A stretch of 64,000 bases of DNA, taken from contig NC_092680.1 of assembly GCF_964355755.1 (NCBI RefSeq), positions 14,827,045 to 14,891,044 on the forward strand, read 5' to 3'. Positions 25,501 through 40,500 of this stretch are shown here, in pieces. The DNA is from Antedon mediterranea. Its lineage: Eukaryota > Animalia > Echinodermata. The stretch's first letter is position 1. Each line of letters starts with the position of its first letter. Both the position numbers and the translations under genes were made by a program. The notes beneath the pieces are model-generated. The model did no database searches and was not told the DNA's origin. It was given only the letters and a program-made list of their open reading frames with translations.

Positions 25501-28500
25501 GTTCAGGAGTCTGGAACTCTTGTAAGCTCTTAAAACGTACTCGACTTAGGAGGTGAAAGCACATACCAGGCCTGCAACGACCAGCTCTGTAGGTAAAGTA
25601 TCAAATGGAGTTATGATTCGGCAATGTTTCTGTAAGACAAGATTCATTTCTACAAATCTGTACAGTTTTGTTACATTTATTAATGTGCAGTAATGTAAGT
25701 TGACAGTTAAAACACTTATAAAGTTTACATCTTATTTTAAGCTAATTAAATACACAAGTTCACACGACACTAAACATTCTATTGACTTTTAATACACTTT
25801 TTTAACTCTTTCAATTTTTAATTATTCAATGTTTATAAAATATCATGAATTAATTTAATTATCATTAGCACAAGAGAAACTATTTACACAGAAATCATAT
25901 CATGATCTATAATTATGTTAAATCAATGCTGATAGGTTGGTTCTATCTTTATTGACCCCTCATTAGCATAATATATCCTTTCATGATTTCTTTGTCAACG
26001 GTTTCTCTTTATTTATATTCAAGATAAAAGATCACAATAATTAAATCACCCTTATACAATACAATGTTTATATGTATGAGAGTTATTAGTGCAAGTCTTA
26101 CCTTCCCTTTCGTTGAATGGCGCTTGATCTTGAAATCCAATTGCTTTTTAAAGCTGACACAGATGTAAGTGAATCAAAACATTTCTATACAGAGAAAATA
26201 TTAAGAACTTAACATTACAGTTCAATGTTTGTAGAGAAAATGGAAAGTACAGGATGTGTAACTTTATATGCTTCTTTTCTTTATGTTATGTTTTCACTTG
26301 TCACGTCTTAGTTAATCATGTTGGGTGGAGGATACAAATGCTATATAAATTTCATAAATTCCATTTAGTATTATTTTTGTTGTGGAAGATTGAATCAAAT
26401 TGTATTTAAACTACTGTATAACTAAATTTACAACAATAATTAATTAATTGTACTGGCAGTACTGGGATGAAATAAAGTATCAGAATCGTATCACTATTGA
26501 CATTATGTTGAGAAACAAGAGTGGTTCCAGTGGGGTGGCCAGGGTTTCCAGTCTGGGAACGTTTTGCACATTCTCCAGCGTTATGCAGCAGAAACAGGCC
26601 CTAAGTGATATAATAACTGAAGAAGAGTTATTTAAACATTAATTTTTTTTTTTTACCTCTTTGACTTTTCCTGAATCAATAACGAACACAACATCACTGA
26701 TGGTCACACTTGTTTCGGCAATGTTTGTGGAAAGAATCTGAATACAAATTTCCATTATATTTTAGTTTACAATAAAATATTATATTATATTATCTTCTGT
26801 ATATATACCTCCAAATTGATATGGGATAGCCTAAACATGTAAATGTCTTATGGAATTACTTGTTGGAAAGAGTTCAATGATTTCCAAGTTGATACATTTC
26901 GGACTTTCATCATAGACCACAAATGTTAAGATTGCAGACAGAGTGTTTGTTTAATATTGAACTTACTATTTTCCTGATTCCATGTGGTGCAATTCTAAAC
27001 ACTTTCTTCTGATCATTACTCTGCATGTTAGAGTGCAGAGTGTAAATGTAGAACCTGTCTGTATTGCCAAATGTTGAATCAGACAAAAGCCGGTCTCTTA
27101 GACTGACAATGTCGGTGTAACCCGGTAAGAATACCAGAATTGAACCTACAGATGAACAATATTGAAAATACAAATGAATATTTAATAAACATGTTAAGCT
27201 CTGTCTACACCTCAAACTGTGTGATGTGCCCAAATATAGTAGTGATGTGACATCATCGTGTCCATATATGGGCAAATCACATTTTTTGACACATAAAGCT
27301 TGATATAGACAAAGCAATTTGTAGGATTCTCATGGTACCAAGGTTTGAAATCCTTCTGTCTAAAAGTGTCCACAACAATTTATCATGGGAAAAAAAAACT
27401 AATTATGTTAAAGACAATGTCCTGCCTGGTTTTAAACATTATAATTTAATCTTTCCTTAAAAAACAATTACTTTTCACCAGATGATTGGAACCTACCTTC
27501 CTGGGAATTCCTAACAATATATTGTAGTAGACTGATTATGAGATCAACATCGACTTTATTATCATCAAAGCTATGGTGATATGCCTCTAATAGTTCTTTA
27601 TCCTCTAGGCTTATGTCGTTACTTTGCTTCACCAGATCAACACCTGTGTTACATGAACTCTGTATTGCAGCACTGTAACAAAGAAAATCAAAAGTATATT
27701 TTGGTATTTTGATGATGAAGATAACAGTGAAGCTATATAAAATGTAAATAGGGAATTAAATTAAATTAGCTGTACTAAGCCTCGGCAATATGTAGTAGGG
27801 TGGTCAGTTCCTTTCCATGCTGCCTTATCCTTCCTAGTATTTTCAACCTGGTACTCATTTACAGACTGGATAAATTAAATCAAAATCATGCCTGGCTACA
27901 AAAAAATTGCTACCACACAGTTCACAATTCCAATATATTGTTTTATTTATCAAACAACAGTATATAATTATTATTGTTATATTTTACTCACATATGTGCT
28001 TCAATAATATCAACTGCTTCAGGTTGATTCATTTTCTTTGCCCAGTCCATAGCAGTCCTAAAAATAATCAGTAAAACAATTCAATGAAATAGTATACACA
28101 ATAGCACTCAATTTTCACGAATACGAAACTTTAATTACCGGTTTTTGTTTTACAACATATCTACTTATTATTTAAGTTATTCATCGTAAATCACTGACGA
28201 ATGCTAGGCTGAGAAGCTAGCCATTAAAAAAGGCAGTGATTCATCGTAAATCACTGACGAATGCTAGGCTGAGAAACTAGCCATTAAAAAAGGCAGTTAT
28301 TCATCGTAAATCACTGACGAATGCTAGGCTGAGAAGCTAGCCATTAAAAAAGGCAGTTATTCATCGTAAATCACTGACGAATGCTAGGCTGAGAAGCTAG
28401 CCATTAAAAAAGGCAGTGCTCCAACTTTAGACAAAGTTATGGACACGTTGACTTCCCAATGCGCTCAGTCAACAATGTTGCGTGGCAAAAATTCTAAAAA

Positions 28501-31500
28501 CATTTACAGAAAGCTGAACATATTAGAGTGTTAATTTTCACCATTAAATATTACTTTTTTGTTAGATAGGACTAATTTCAAATGACATGTGATGCTTAAG
28601 CCTGGTTTTCATAAAATCGCTACACCGTCGCTACAGCGTTTTCATTAAAATCGCTACCCGTGAGATGTCGCCGACGCAATCGGAAAGGCTCCCCGATTCA
28701 TCGCAGTCAAATCGGCAAAGTTCAACCATGCTCAACTTTGCCGATTTTGTTGGCGATCAATCGTATACGCGTACCAAAGAATATTTAGCGCTCGCGAACT
28801 AGATCCCCAATAAATTCTAGCGTTTCCATAGAATCGCTACGCTCTGTCGTTTAGCGATTTTTTATGGAAACCAGGCTTTAATTGACAAATCAAATTGAAT
28901 GAATACAATCAGGTGTGTTATAATCATAAATAATTTTAAAGTCATTATTAAAACTTAAAGAATATTTTAATAATGAACAGCTTGGAATTTCAGTTTAATT
29001 AAGTTATTTTAAATATTGTTTTTTTGATGTTATCTTGTCTTGTATGTATTTTCTTGTTTTTTTATTTTTACTGAATCATACTTAATGATAATTGTACTAG
29101 GCCCAACCACTCACTTTTCAGTCATTACGGATTTGACCCCATTGGAAATAAGTTTACTTTTTGTCAACTTAATGGGTTATTCAGGTATTCTTTTTATACA
29201 TTGTATATTTTAACTTTTATGTATGAATATCGAATAAAATCAATCAATCAATCAATACAATTTCTACATTGACGGTAGAAAGTAAAACAATTTTATAATA
29301 AAAAATACACACACTTACATGTCATTTGATGCTCTGATATTAACATATAAAATACACACACTTACATGTCATTTGATGCTCTGATATTAACATATAAAAT
29401 ACACAAACTTACATGTCATTTGATGCTCTGATATTAACATTAGCTCCAAGATTGAGCAAACGTTCAACAGCATCACAATAACCACGCCCAGCTGCTACCA
29501 TCAAAGGAGTAGCACTGGTTCCAGAATGGGAGTAATCAACTATAATAATAGGAATAGTATAGTATTTTATTTTCAACTAGATGTGTATGATAGATAACCA
29601 TACGTTAGGGTATTGAAAAACCAGAAACTTTTGCAAATTTCACGAGTGATTGAAATTCGTGAAAGTTCCGCAAATAATGATTTAGTACGCAAAATACAAT
29701 AGGCCTACTACAAGCACTTTCTGGTACATGCAAGCCTATCTGATAGCAATAGCAGTTTTGTTTGCTTTCATTGTGTACTACTGTCGATGAAGTCATCGGA
29801 CGGTGCATTCTATTTTTAAAAATTACTGCTTCTACATCTACATGTAACCTTTCGTAGCCTACACACGTAGGTTGATCGTAGGTCATTGTTCTATGAACGT
29901 AGCATACAAAGTATTGTTCGTACCTACAATGTATTGTTATGATAAGTATCTACGCGTCAATCTTAGGGTGGTTTGTGGGGTTAGTTAACACCATTGTCAT
30001 CGCCTTCAATGCACACAAACAATGTATTGTTCGCTAATTAAAATCCTATCTAAAAAGCTAGAATTTTTGTAGCCGCCCTATGCATCAGTTATCCTAATTT
30101 GGCCGGACATTCGCCAATGAGACGACATCAGGCCTGTGGATCTCAGTTCACTCAGAGTTTTCCGCAGCCAAAACAAAACTATCGGTTAATTTTTTAACCA
30201 ATAAGGTAATCAATTAAAAAATAAAGTGCGCATGATTAGTCATTACCACAACCTAGTGCTCAATCACAACGCAACCAATTATGTATCAGGTCAAAAGTAA
30301 AAAATTAACACATTTATCCAATTTAAATGAGATAATTATCGGTTAATTTTTCTCGCGTGGAAATGGTTAAACCCTATTTTCCAGGAAGTTTATCGGTTAA
30401 TTATCAGTTATTTTTTGGCCCAAGTGCTCTTATATCTCTGTGGTATACCAGATATACATTTAACATAAATTTACCTGAAATATTTTCACTAAGTAGTAGA
30501 TGAAACAAATGGTTAAAAGCATTCTCATCGCCCACTAACCAACAATCACTGATTGCTTGATCCATATCTTGTCTTAACCAATCAGACAAACCATCTAGAT
30601 TTACAGAATCCTTTATCAAGTAAAAGAATTGTAGACAATTTACAATACAGAACAATTTAATTTTATTATTACACAAAATTAACAAAGGCCACATAAATAA
30701 AAAAAGATCGATAGGTAGTAAACAAGGTATATATAATTTTGACAGCTTTAAATTTTGTTGTTTTGGTTCAACAAAAAATAACAAATTCAAGAACTACTGT
30801 AAATAGCTAAATATAAAACTGTAATGATGAATAAAATATATATAAAAAACTGACCAAATAAAAATTATATATTAAATTTAATAATGTTTAATTTATAAAA
30901 AATATCATATCATATCAAGTATATTGTTTTAATAAAAAAAGCCTTGTTTCATTATTTGACAGTCTCTAGTTATATATTATTTCAAATATTATCGCATCAA
31001 GATTGTTTTATTAAGTACACTTTGGCCCAAGGAACAATCCATTAGTTTTGTCTAGAGCCAGATGCCTTTTATTACGGAAAATACCAATAAACTTACAAGC
31101 ATATTTCTCGCACCTTCAACAATATCAAAATTACCCATGATGCTTTCTTTGGTGCAATCAGGTTCGTCCGTCTCTTTTCTCATCCATTCATCTAATTTGT
31201 TTTGTTGCTTCTTTACTATAGGGTAAAATTCACAAAAACAATGTGATTAAAATCATTATGGTTTTAAACTCTTAATTTGGACGCATTTCGAACCATATTC
31301 AAAGTAGATATGTTGCAACTTATGTAAATTTGTGAAACAATACATGCAAAAATGACCAACAGTTGAAAATTACAAATTAGTGAACAATCTGTGCAGGAAA
31401 TTTTAGGAAATAAAACACAGTTTATGACATATTCATAGTAGAAGATATTTTGCACTGCATATTTACAAGATAGTATTTGAGTATGTGAATAAGTTACCAA

Positions 31501-34500
31501 TGAAGAATGAATGTAATCTAGTATATAATCTAACAAATAGGCCATAGTGAGTAATATGAAAACTATCCTATGTCCATGTATTAAATGCAGAGAAATGCGA
31601 ACAAAATAGGTTAGATTTATTGAGTTAATGCTTAGTGATAAAACTTACATCGTGCAGCTTCTTTTTGGTGCTTTTTCATTTTTTCATTGACATATCCAGA
31701 GCTAAAGGAGTCAAATTAAAGGAGTCAATTGAAAATGTAATTGTTTACACATGGCTCTTCTCAGGAAAACTAAGAGTAAGAATAAAAATAAAAAAAAAAA
31801 AACTAAGAATATGTCAATATACCCTGCTGTTCATGGAAACCATGGAGCAACACCTACAGATTATAGCATAATAATATATCATAATAATTTGTGTGTAAAT
31901 AATAAATAACTCAAGTTAGTTAATTTCGCATCAGATGCCATGTTTTTGTAAAAAAAAATTGAAATTGTTGTAGAATACGATAGGCGTCATTCTCAAAGAG
32001 TTGACTGTTTTATCTGAACACAATCCATTCTTACCATTTTAATGCATCTTCTAAAAATAATTGTTCTACAGGATATAGGTTACCAGGCACTGCAATGTAA
32101 TAAAGATATAATAAATTGAGTGGCCAAGCGGTTAAGACAGGGCGTGTAACCATTTATGCACAAATGCTGTAAATCAAAAAATAGAATAAAGAAATTATCT
32201 TAATATTTAAAAGGATAAAGGAATTGTTATATATATACTGTATGTATTTTATATAACATTTGTCACATGAGAAGGGTCAAAACAAAAAATATAAAATCAG
32301 GAAAAGGGTAATTTGATGATTGCTAGTGTGTTCTATTTGGTTTAGACACTTGTAATTTGGTGATTTGCATGCTTCATTACTAATCCTTGCATCCTGGCTC
32401 AATACCAGGAATTTTCTCATGACACTGCTTTTATAAAGTTTAGAAATGTGTTTGTTTCCCATCCTCTAATTGATGATTCATTTATGCTAGCTGCTTAATG
32501 CATGTTAAGATAAAAAACAATTTCTTTTGGTCAGTGTTTCATTGGTAATTCTGAAAAACTACCTAGCAGACATTTGTAAACTGACTTGATGGAAAAACTA
32601 CTCTAATTGTTGGACAAGATTTTAATAACTAAAGATTGAGTTGCAAATAATAAGGTATTTATCATAATTAATTGTATATTGATTGCTTTTACTTAGTTTA
32701 TTTTAATTAAACTGATTTTGTGTGAAAATATTAATTAGTTTATAGCATGGCCACGTCAGATAAACAATAGGCAATATCTCCTTGCTTATGGGTAGGAAAA
32801 ACAGATTTTTATGTTTGCAGTTATATAAATTAAAATAAAATGTACTCGATTTACCTATACTACATTGGTATTGTAAAAAGTAGTTTCAACTTAACTGTTA
32901 TTTTGTGTAAGGTTTTTACAAATAAAAACATAAGAATATCCACTATTTCCCATTGGAATGATTTTTTTCCAAGGATGTATTTGAAAAACATCTTCATGAG
33001 CACTAAGACAAATTCAGTGGCGTAACATAGAGTTTAAGGACGTTAACTGCCCCCACCCTGGAGGCCTCGGCTGTTTTTAGTCCCCATAAAAGCTCTGGGG
33101 CCCTTGGGTTTAGCCAGTGAGCAATCATAGCTGTTACACTACTGGACAAATTGTGGTAGGTATATAATGAACAGACTATTTTTGACAGTGGGATTTAAGC
33201 TCTTCATGTGAGAGGGAAGCATTTTACTATAAATCAAGAACATGGATTCTTGTTCGTTTTCTGGCAGTGTACATGAATGCAACCCATGTCATTCATAGGT
33301 TTATTGACCAAACATGACACATGCTTTTTTTAGCTTGGCACTGCGGCAGTGTAAAATATATAACTTATATATATATTGAAATATATATTTATACTGGGTA
33401 ACCTCTTCAGTCAAAGACTGGTCTCCCAGAGGGCCCAGTTGGTGATCAGTGGCTGTGATGTACTAGTACACCGGGGTAACCCCCTACTCGTCTGGAAAGA
33501 TGTACTACTGTAGGTTCTTTAAAGTGCACACGAGCTAGATGTGTACACTGGACCTACGGTTTATAGTCCTTATCCGAGAAGACTCGTTCTACCACCAGAA
33601 CCATGGAGTGAGTGAGCCTCGAACTCCTGCCGATGTTATGGCTACGTAATTACGGTTCCACTGTCTTAACCGCTCAGTCACTCACTCACTCTGCCTTAAC
33701 CGCTCGGCCACTCACTCACTATTTGTGAGGTGTACCAAGTATTTAGGGGGCATTTCTAATAAAAGACAGTTATCTGAAATCTAGCCTAATTTAGGTCTGA
33801 AGCATGGATTATATTATTCTATAATTTTATGATATTTTGCCACTGGCAAAGAAAATAATTCAATACAAATTACTATTGCAGGATGGCTAGCAACGATTTA
33901 AGTCTACTTGGAGATATTGATGAAAATGTTCTAAAATGTTCCGTATGTAATGGAAGATTAGAAGACCCAAAATCACTTAGCTGCTCTCACAGCTTCTGTC
34001 TGAAGTGTTTGGAGAAATGGGTTCAAACCAATGGGAAATTAACATGTCCTATTTGCCGCAAACTTGACTCCATTCCAGAAGGAGGGCTTGAAAAACTTGC
34101 AGAAAATTTATTTCTCAATTACCTTTTGGAAACTATACAACAACATGAAAAGAATGATGAGATGAAATGCATATGTGAATCAGCAGAACAAGCAACACAC
34201 TACTGTAAGCAGTGCAGGCATTATTTGTGTTATGAATGCAGTAATCATCATAAAAAGTTGCCAATAACAGCCAATCACATGCTGTTTGCTGTAGAAGAGC
34301 AATTGATGACAGAAAAAAGTAAATCTGCAACTTTAGACACACCAATGTGCTTCTTTCACACAAAACCATTAGAAATGTACTGCATAAAATGTAAAGTACC
34401 CATATGTATAGAATGCACTGAAATGAAACATGAAGCAGGGGACGGTAAACATGAACTAATTAACATTGCAACAGCATTCAAAACGTTTGAAACTCAAACT

Positions 34501-37500
34501 TCAGTAGAATTAAAGAAAGATGCCAATGAATCCTTTGAAAAAATAGAAAATGCACTCAAAGTAGTTACAAAGAATGCTAAAGAACTGGAAGACAGTAAAG
34601 AAACAAGTCTTAGAGATATTGATAACAAAGTTCAAGATATACTAAAAATAATCAAGAAAAAGGGAGATGAACTGAAAAAAAAAGTTGAAACATTTTATGA
34701 AAATGAAAAGAAAGCTAATGATGTACTAATGACAAGATTAAGAACAATCAATTTGAGTTTCCTAAATCGGTTATTAACGAGCAAGGCAGCGCCTAATATT
34801 GAATCAAGTGAGATTGTATTAAACAAACTAAAAGATGAGATTAATAATTATGAAAAAATCCATCAAGACAGTAAACAAATTGCCTTTATTCAAAACAATC
34901 TAATTGATTATATACAGAGAAATAACATTGGAAATGTTACATTAAGACCACTTACTATCAAATTAAAGAAACATCCTTTTGGAGTAGCAAAGTGTGATGA
35001 TGATTGCTTGCTGGTTTCATTTTACACAAATACAATTTACAAGTACAAGCTATCAGGAAAATATATAAGTAATATTACATTACCAGAAGGTGTGAAAGTG
35101 GAAGGACTGTACAAAATGAGGAATGGCAACATAGTATTTAGCGATGAAGGTAATAGATGCATACAAGTATGTGATAACAATGGTCATGTGATCAGATCCA
35201 TTGGTAAAGGTGTATTTTCATGTGGCATTCACAAAGATGAGTCGCTTAATGTTCTGTACGTAGCAGATATGATTGGGTGTGTTCTTATATTTGACATTAA
35301 TAGTGGTAAGCAGTTGAACAAAATACAAATGCAAAAGAGTATACAGTATATTAATGGTCAACAAGTTCGCTCTCTCAGCTACTATGATGTCACTCTTTCA
35401 AAAACTGGGAAAATACTTGTAGCAGATCAAAAGCAAAGTCAAGTATTATTGTATGACAATAAGGACAAGTCGATCAAAATACTCATCAATAAAGGAGACC
35501 TAAATGGTTCGGTGAATAAGCCAAGAGGAGTTGTAGTTGACGACGATGACAACATCATCGTAGCAAGTTGCAACAAACTGCAACTATTCAGTAGTGATGG
35601 AAAATTTATCAGAAGAATTGATCAACAAGATGATGGAATTAATGATCCACGTCAGTTATGTATTATTTCACATAACCCATGTAAGGTTGCTGTAGTTAGT
35701 TATGGTGACCGCACAATTAAAACATTCAATTACTAAAGACTACTTCAATATGACTATTCCACTGAGTTAGTTTATTTTGAGTTTTACTTGACCATGACCT
35801 TTGACTTAACAAACGTTAATTTTTTTATGCCAAGCTTTACCCGCCCACCCAGTTTGAAGAATTTACCCAATTTTTAAATTTTACCATGACCTTTTACATC
35901 AGATGAATTTGGTTGGCGCCCTCCTTAAGATCATACTCTGTCCGCATGCTTGTTTTCCCCAATTTTAGCCTAACCTTTGATCTTGATGATGCAAAATCGC
36001 TTATTCTTAAACTGTGCATCCACCAAGTTTGAAGACTGTGCGACTCCTATTCTCTAAATAAAGCCGGACGGAGAGACAGACACGTAGAGCTTTGGTGAAT
36101 TATACTATTATAATCGAATTGTAACCATAGTCCACACTGTAATGTGTAACTTGTTTATAAGTTGTAGTGTAACCGCAAGATAAAATATTGTTATTCTATT
36201 GTTTAATCTAATCGGCCAATATCCATACTGTAAAGCTTCATTATTTTTATTTCAGAACATTGTCTTTCACAGGTTTTAATTTTATAATTTTACCATGCTC
36301 AAAATAGTGGAAAAAACTAAGTAATTGCAATTGTTTTTTCAATGTAATTATTGGGTGGTATTCAAACCCATGACCTCCAGATCACTAGCTTTCCATTAAT
36401 TTATATGCTTCTAGACCACCAAAATTGCACTGCATGCTAGGGTTAGATTAAAATGTTAAACTATTTTATACTCTAAATCAATAAAGTAAATATAAATTAC
36501 CTTGGATAACAGGACAGGCGTTGAAGTACTTAACAAATAAATTGATGTCCAATGCAGCGCTCATTAGTATCAGCTTTAGGTTGCGATACCTGGCAAGAAG
36601 ATCTCTTAAACTAATTAACAAGAAATCACTAAATCGGTCTCTTTCATGAATTTCATCCTAAAAATACAATAATAATAATAATCAGCTTTTAATAGTGGAG
36701 GTCAAAATGTTGTTTTTAAGTAAGCAAACACAAAACAAAAAGGCATGTATAAGATACTAGAAACGTTAAGCACAAATCTTATTTTGGTTTTTTTAACTTA
36801 AAGACACCTTCCCTACAATTTGTGACGTTTTGTAAAAATAATACATATATATTACTTTAAAAACATTAAATCAGGCCATTCCTTGTCTTAAATGTACGTT
36901 TAAGGTGAATTATGATAAAAAGACAATGCACTACCTAAGTAGCTCGCAGCGAATGACCTCTCGTGGACGGTCTTTAGGCCTAGCCTAGCTAGGCTTAGTT
37001 TCGTAGGCCTAGCTGGTAAACATCGGTAACGTACAAACATCGTACGCTAGCTATATACCTAGCCTGACGTTGTATAGTTGCTGCACTAATTGTCTTTCTA
37101 TTTTTTCCAGACTCCGCGTTGATACAAGTTGGGGAAAACCGTTTTCGTTGAAAATTTAGGAGTCTTCCATCTGTTTTGGCCTCACGATCGATCGAAAAGT
37201 GGGTGAATTACACAAGAAAAACAAAAATATCAATCCGCGCAAAATGCATTTTGGGATTTATAGCGGGCCGCTATAATTATTAGAATCGACTTATTTTTCA
37301 CATTTTTAACCATTTAGAGACGAAAAAAGTTATTGCAATAGGACCATATAGTATTATTTTTACATTAAATATAGTTTCTGATCTTAAATTAGATCTAAAA
37401 AACGTAGGGAAGGTGTCTTTAATATATTTAATTACGTAGATTTATAATTATTAAAGATATATTATTCTCCTGTAAAAATAATTTTTGTTGTTGAATATGT

Positions 37501-40500
37501 CATAATAGTTATTCACTTTGACCAAAAAATGGATCGAAAAAAAAAATATTTATCTAAAAAAACTGTAATTTAAAGCAAAAAATAGTTGAATTGGCTGACA
37601 GCCAATGGTTTTTTTTTGTGTTGAAATTAACTGTTTGTTTTGTTTTTTCCTATAAGTGAAAACATTGCTTTTTCTGGGGTTTTTTTCTGTCGAATTGATT
37701 AACTTGATTAAAACTTAAAAACCTTTTTTTTCATGTTTTTGGATCATTAAGATGAAAATAACAAACAATGTGTAAAAATGTTTAATATTAATTACCACAA
37801 TGACATGAGTAACTGACTTGAGGGAATGATTTCCACCCATAAGTGTACGTAACAATACCCCATTGGTACAGAAAGTCAACAGTGTTCGAGGTGATGTCCT
37901 GAAACAAAAATAATAATTATCAGGATAAAATGTGGTCATCTACTTTTTAGATTAAATAATACACTAAGCTACTGGTAAAATGACAATTGAAATTGGGAAC
38001 ATTATCTTTCAATGCAATACAAATCTAAAACACTATAGACTATATGGATAAAACCAAGAAAACCATGAATGATGTTAAAAAATGTGTAAATATTGGAGGT
38101 CCGGCTCGATCATCGTTATCATTATTTCAACTCAATGCAACTCAACGATAGGGGGCACAATTGATGGAAAATAACTATGTTTAAGTCTTACAAATGCAAA
38201 TCAAAACAGAACACACCCAACAATTCGAAGGAAGATAAACAACTTATCAGCTTTTATCAGGTGTGAAGTGTGCCTGTATCGCAACATATATTTGGTGATT
38301 TCCCTAATCTACAAATAGACGTCGACGCGGTAGCACGTTTGTGTCTAAACTGTCAAACTGTTTTCCAGCGGGTGTGTTTAGTAGCAAACAGACTTGTTAA
38401 CCAATCCTATGAATGTAGGTTTAAATCTTTCCTTTTCAGTACTAATTTTTCACAAAGATAGAGTTTAGTTACAACTCACAATCTAGGACCTACAAATAGT
38501 TACATCAATTAATTATGTCAGTTAATTGAGACACGATTCTTTGGTCAACTGATTGACACAGTTTTGACGGATTCTATGTTCAAACCAACAGCACAATATG
38601 CATGCGGTTGTATGTTATTGCAAATTGAAACCTCGTCATAGGCTGGATTTGAAGCATTTTAAAATAATACCTGCTCTCTAATCGGATCTGATAGCCAACA
38701 GTCTGACCAATCTTCTCCCCTCTCTCAATGGCAACTCTCTCTGCAACAGATAAAGCTGATAATCGTCTTGGTTGTGTGCAGATGATTCTACAGTTGCGAC
38801 CAGTGCTGTGATGACTGTCCAGAATGTACTGAGGTATCTTTGAATGTAATGTTAAATAAATATGTGAATAACCATTAACTTTAAAAGCAAGGAATTTTAT
38901 ATTTGGAACAAGTTACTAGTTTTTTTTTTTTTTATTTCATACGCATCCAAAAATTGCCAATTACAGGATGGACAAAGTATTTCAAAATTTATCATGCATA
39001 CAGTATAAACTACGTCTCATTTGAGGCTTAGGGGGGAGTGGAGTTGAAAGAGTTTTGAGTTAAAATGCTAGCACTACTGTAGGTCACTATTGAAATCTGG
39101 ACCTTGGGATTGGAAGGCAAGCATGTTAACTAACCACCAAGCTCCAGCTCTACTACAATGCTTAAATTAAATTTAAGTCGGTGATTGGTCAATCCATAAA
39201 CAAGATTAATTTTTAAAAAGACCTTTCTCTTTAAGATTCTCACCCATCCAAGCCCTTGTTCACGTAAAGTATTAATTTATTTGAATAAATTATCATTTTC
39301 ATAATTCTATTGTGAGTAATTTAAAACAGCGTGCACCACGTTTCTACATGTTCATTTTTCTTCCAAATCTTACATCTTTTTGCTTAAATCATTATCTTCC
39401 GAAATTGTCATTCTTCATGTTTGATTTTCATAAGGTCTACCAATTGTTTATAATTTTTAAGATGACGAATAAATAATAAATGTTGTTGTATTATGCCAAT
39501 AAAAAGGACTCTAGGCCAAAATATAAATAAAATAGAGGGCAAAAAATGAAAAAACTGAAACATTACACAAATAAACAAACCTGAGTTGTCTTGCCTGAGC
39601 CAGTATCACCAGCAATCAGCATCACTTGACTACTCTCAATTGTTGCCAATATTTCAGTCTTCTTTGCAAACACTGGCAATGTTTGTCTAAACGCATCAAG
39701 ATCTGAGGCAGAACGCTTTGCTGGAATTTGTGGAATACCGTTGTTTAATCTTCCAGTTGTTTTGTTTACCTCTCTGAAATGTTGTCCTGTTTAATTAAAA
39801 AGAAAAGCATAAGTTAGTAAATTGTTAATTACCAGGGTCGCAAGTTGGAAAAACTAAATTTCGGGTAAACAATAGAGGACCTACTACAATAATTTAACAT
39901 TAAATAGAGGGTGCTATACAAGCTAATATTAAATTATACAAAAAATCTCGAGCATACATCATCTGTACTTGTATTTTAGAAAACACAGACTAATTTAAAT
40001 CACTTACCATTTTCTCCAGTCAGTTTGCCTCTTTCAACTCTGGGAAACAGGTCCTGCTTTTCTCGAACAGTAACTGGGAATCTCTGGAGTAGATTTTTAC
40101 ACTCTTGATGTGATTCACGGCTGATTTGGAAAACTGATATACTACCAGAGGTAGATGTTAAATCTTTCTTGAACAAAGATAGGAAACGATTGGTGCCTTT
40201 GCTGCAGTGGTAAGAAATGATTATAAGTTATTGTAACAAGGAAGTGAAAGTCAACACACATTGATGAAGCCTCAAAAGTGGTGTTGATAGTGAAAGTCAA
40301 CACACATTGATGAAGCCTTAAAAGTGGTGTTGATAGTGAAAGTCAACACACATTGATGAAGCCTCAAAAGTGGTGTGGATAGTGAAAGTCAACACACATT
40401 GATGAAGCCTCAAAAGTGGTGTTGATAGTGAAAGTCAACACACATTGATGAAGCCTCAAAAGTGGTGTGGATAGTGAAAGTCAACACACATTGATGAAGC

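Noticed and set aside
28190-28245. CTGACGA plus a hairpin in the 60-bp repeat as a hammerhead
   Set aside because: GAAA is replaced by TAAA, and there is no stem III or NUH triplet.
40258-40300. TTGATGA...GAAA.GTC in the 46-bp unit as a tandem hammerhead array
   Set aside because: The core has U in place of C3, no stem II pairs between TGATGA and GAAA, and there is no room for stem III.
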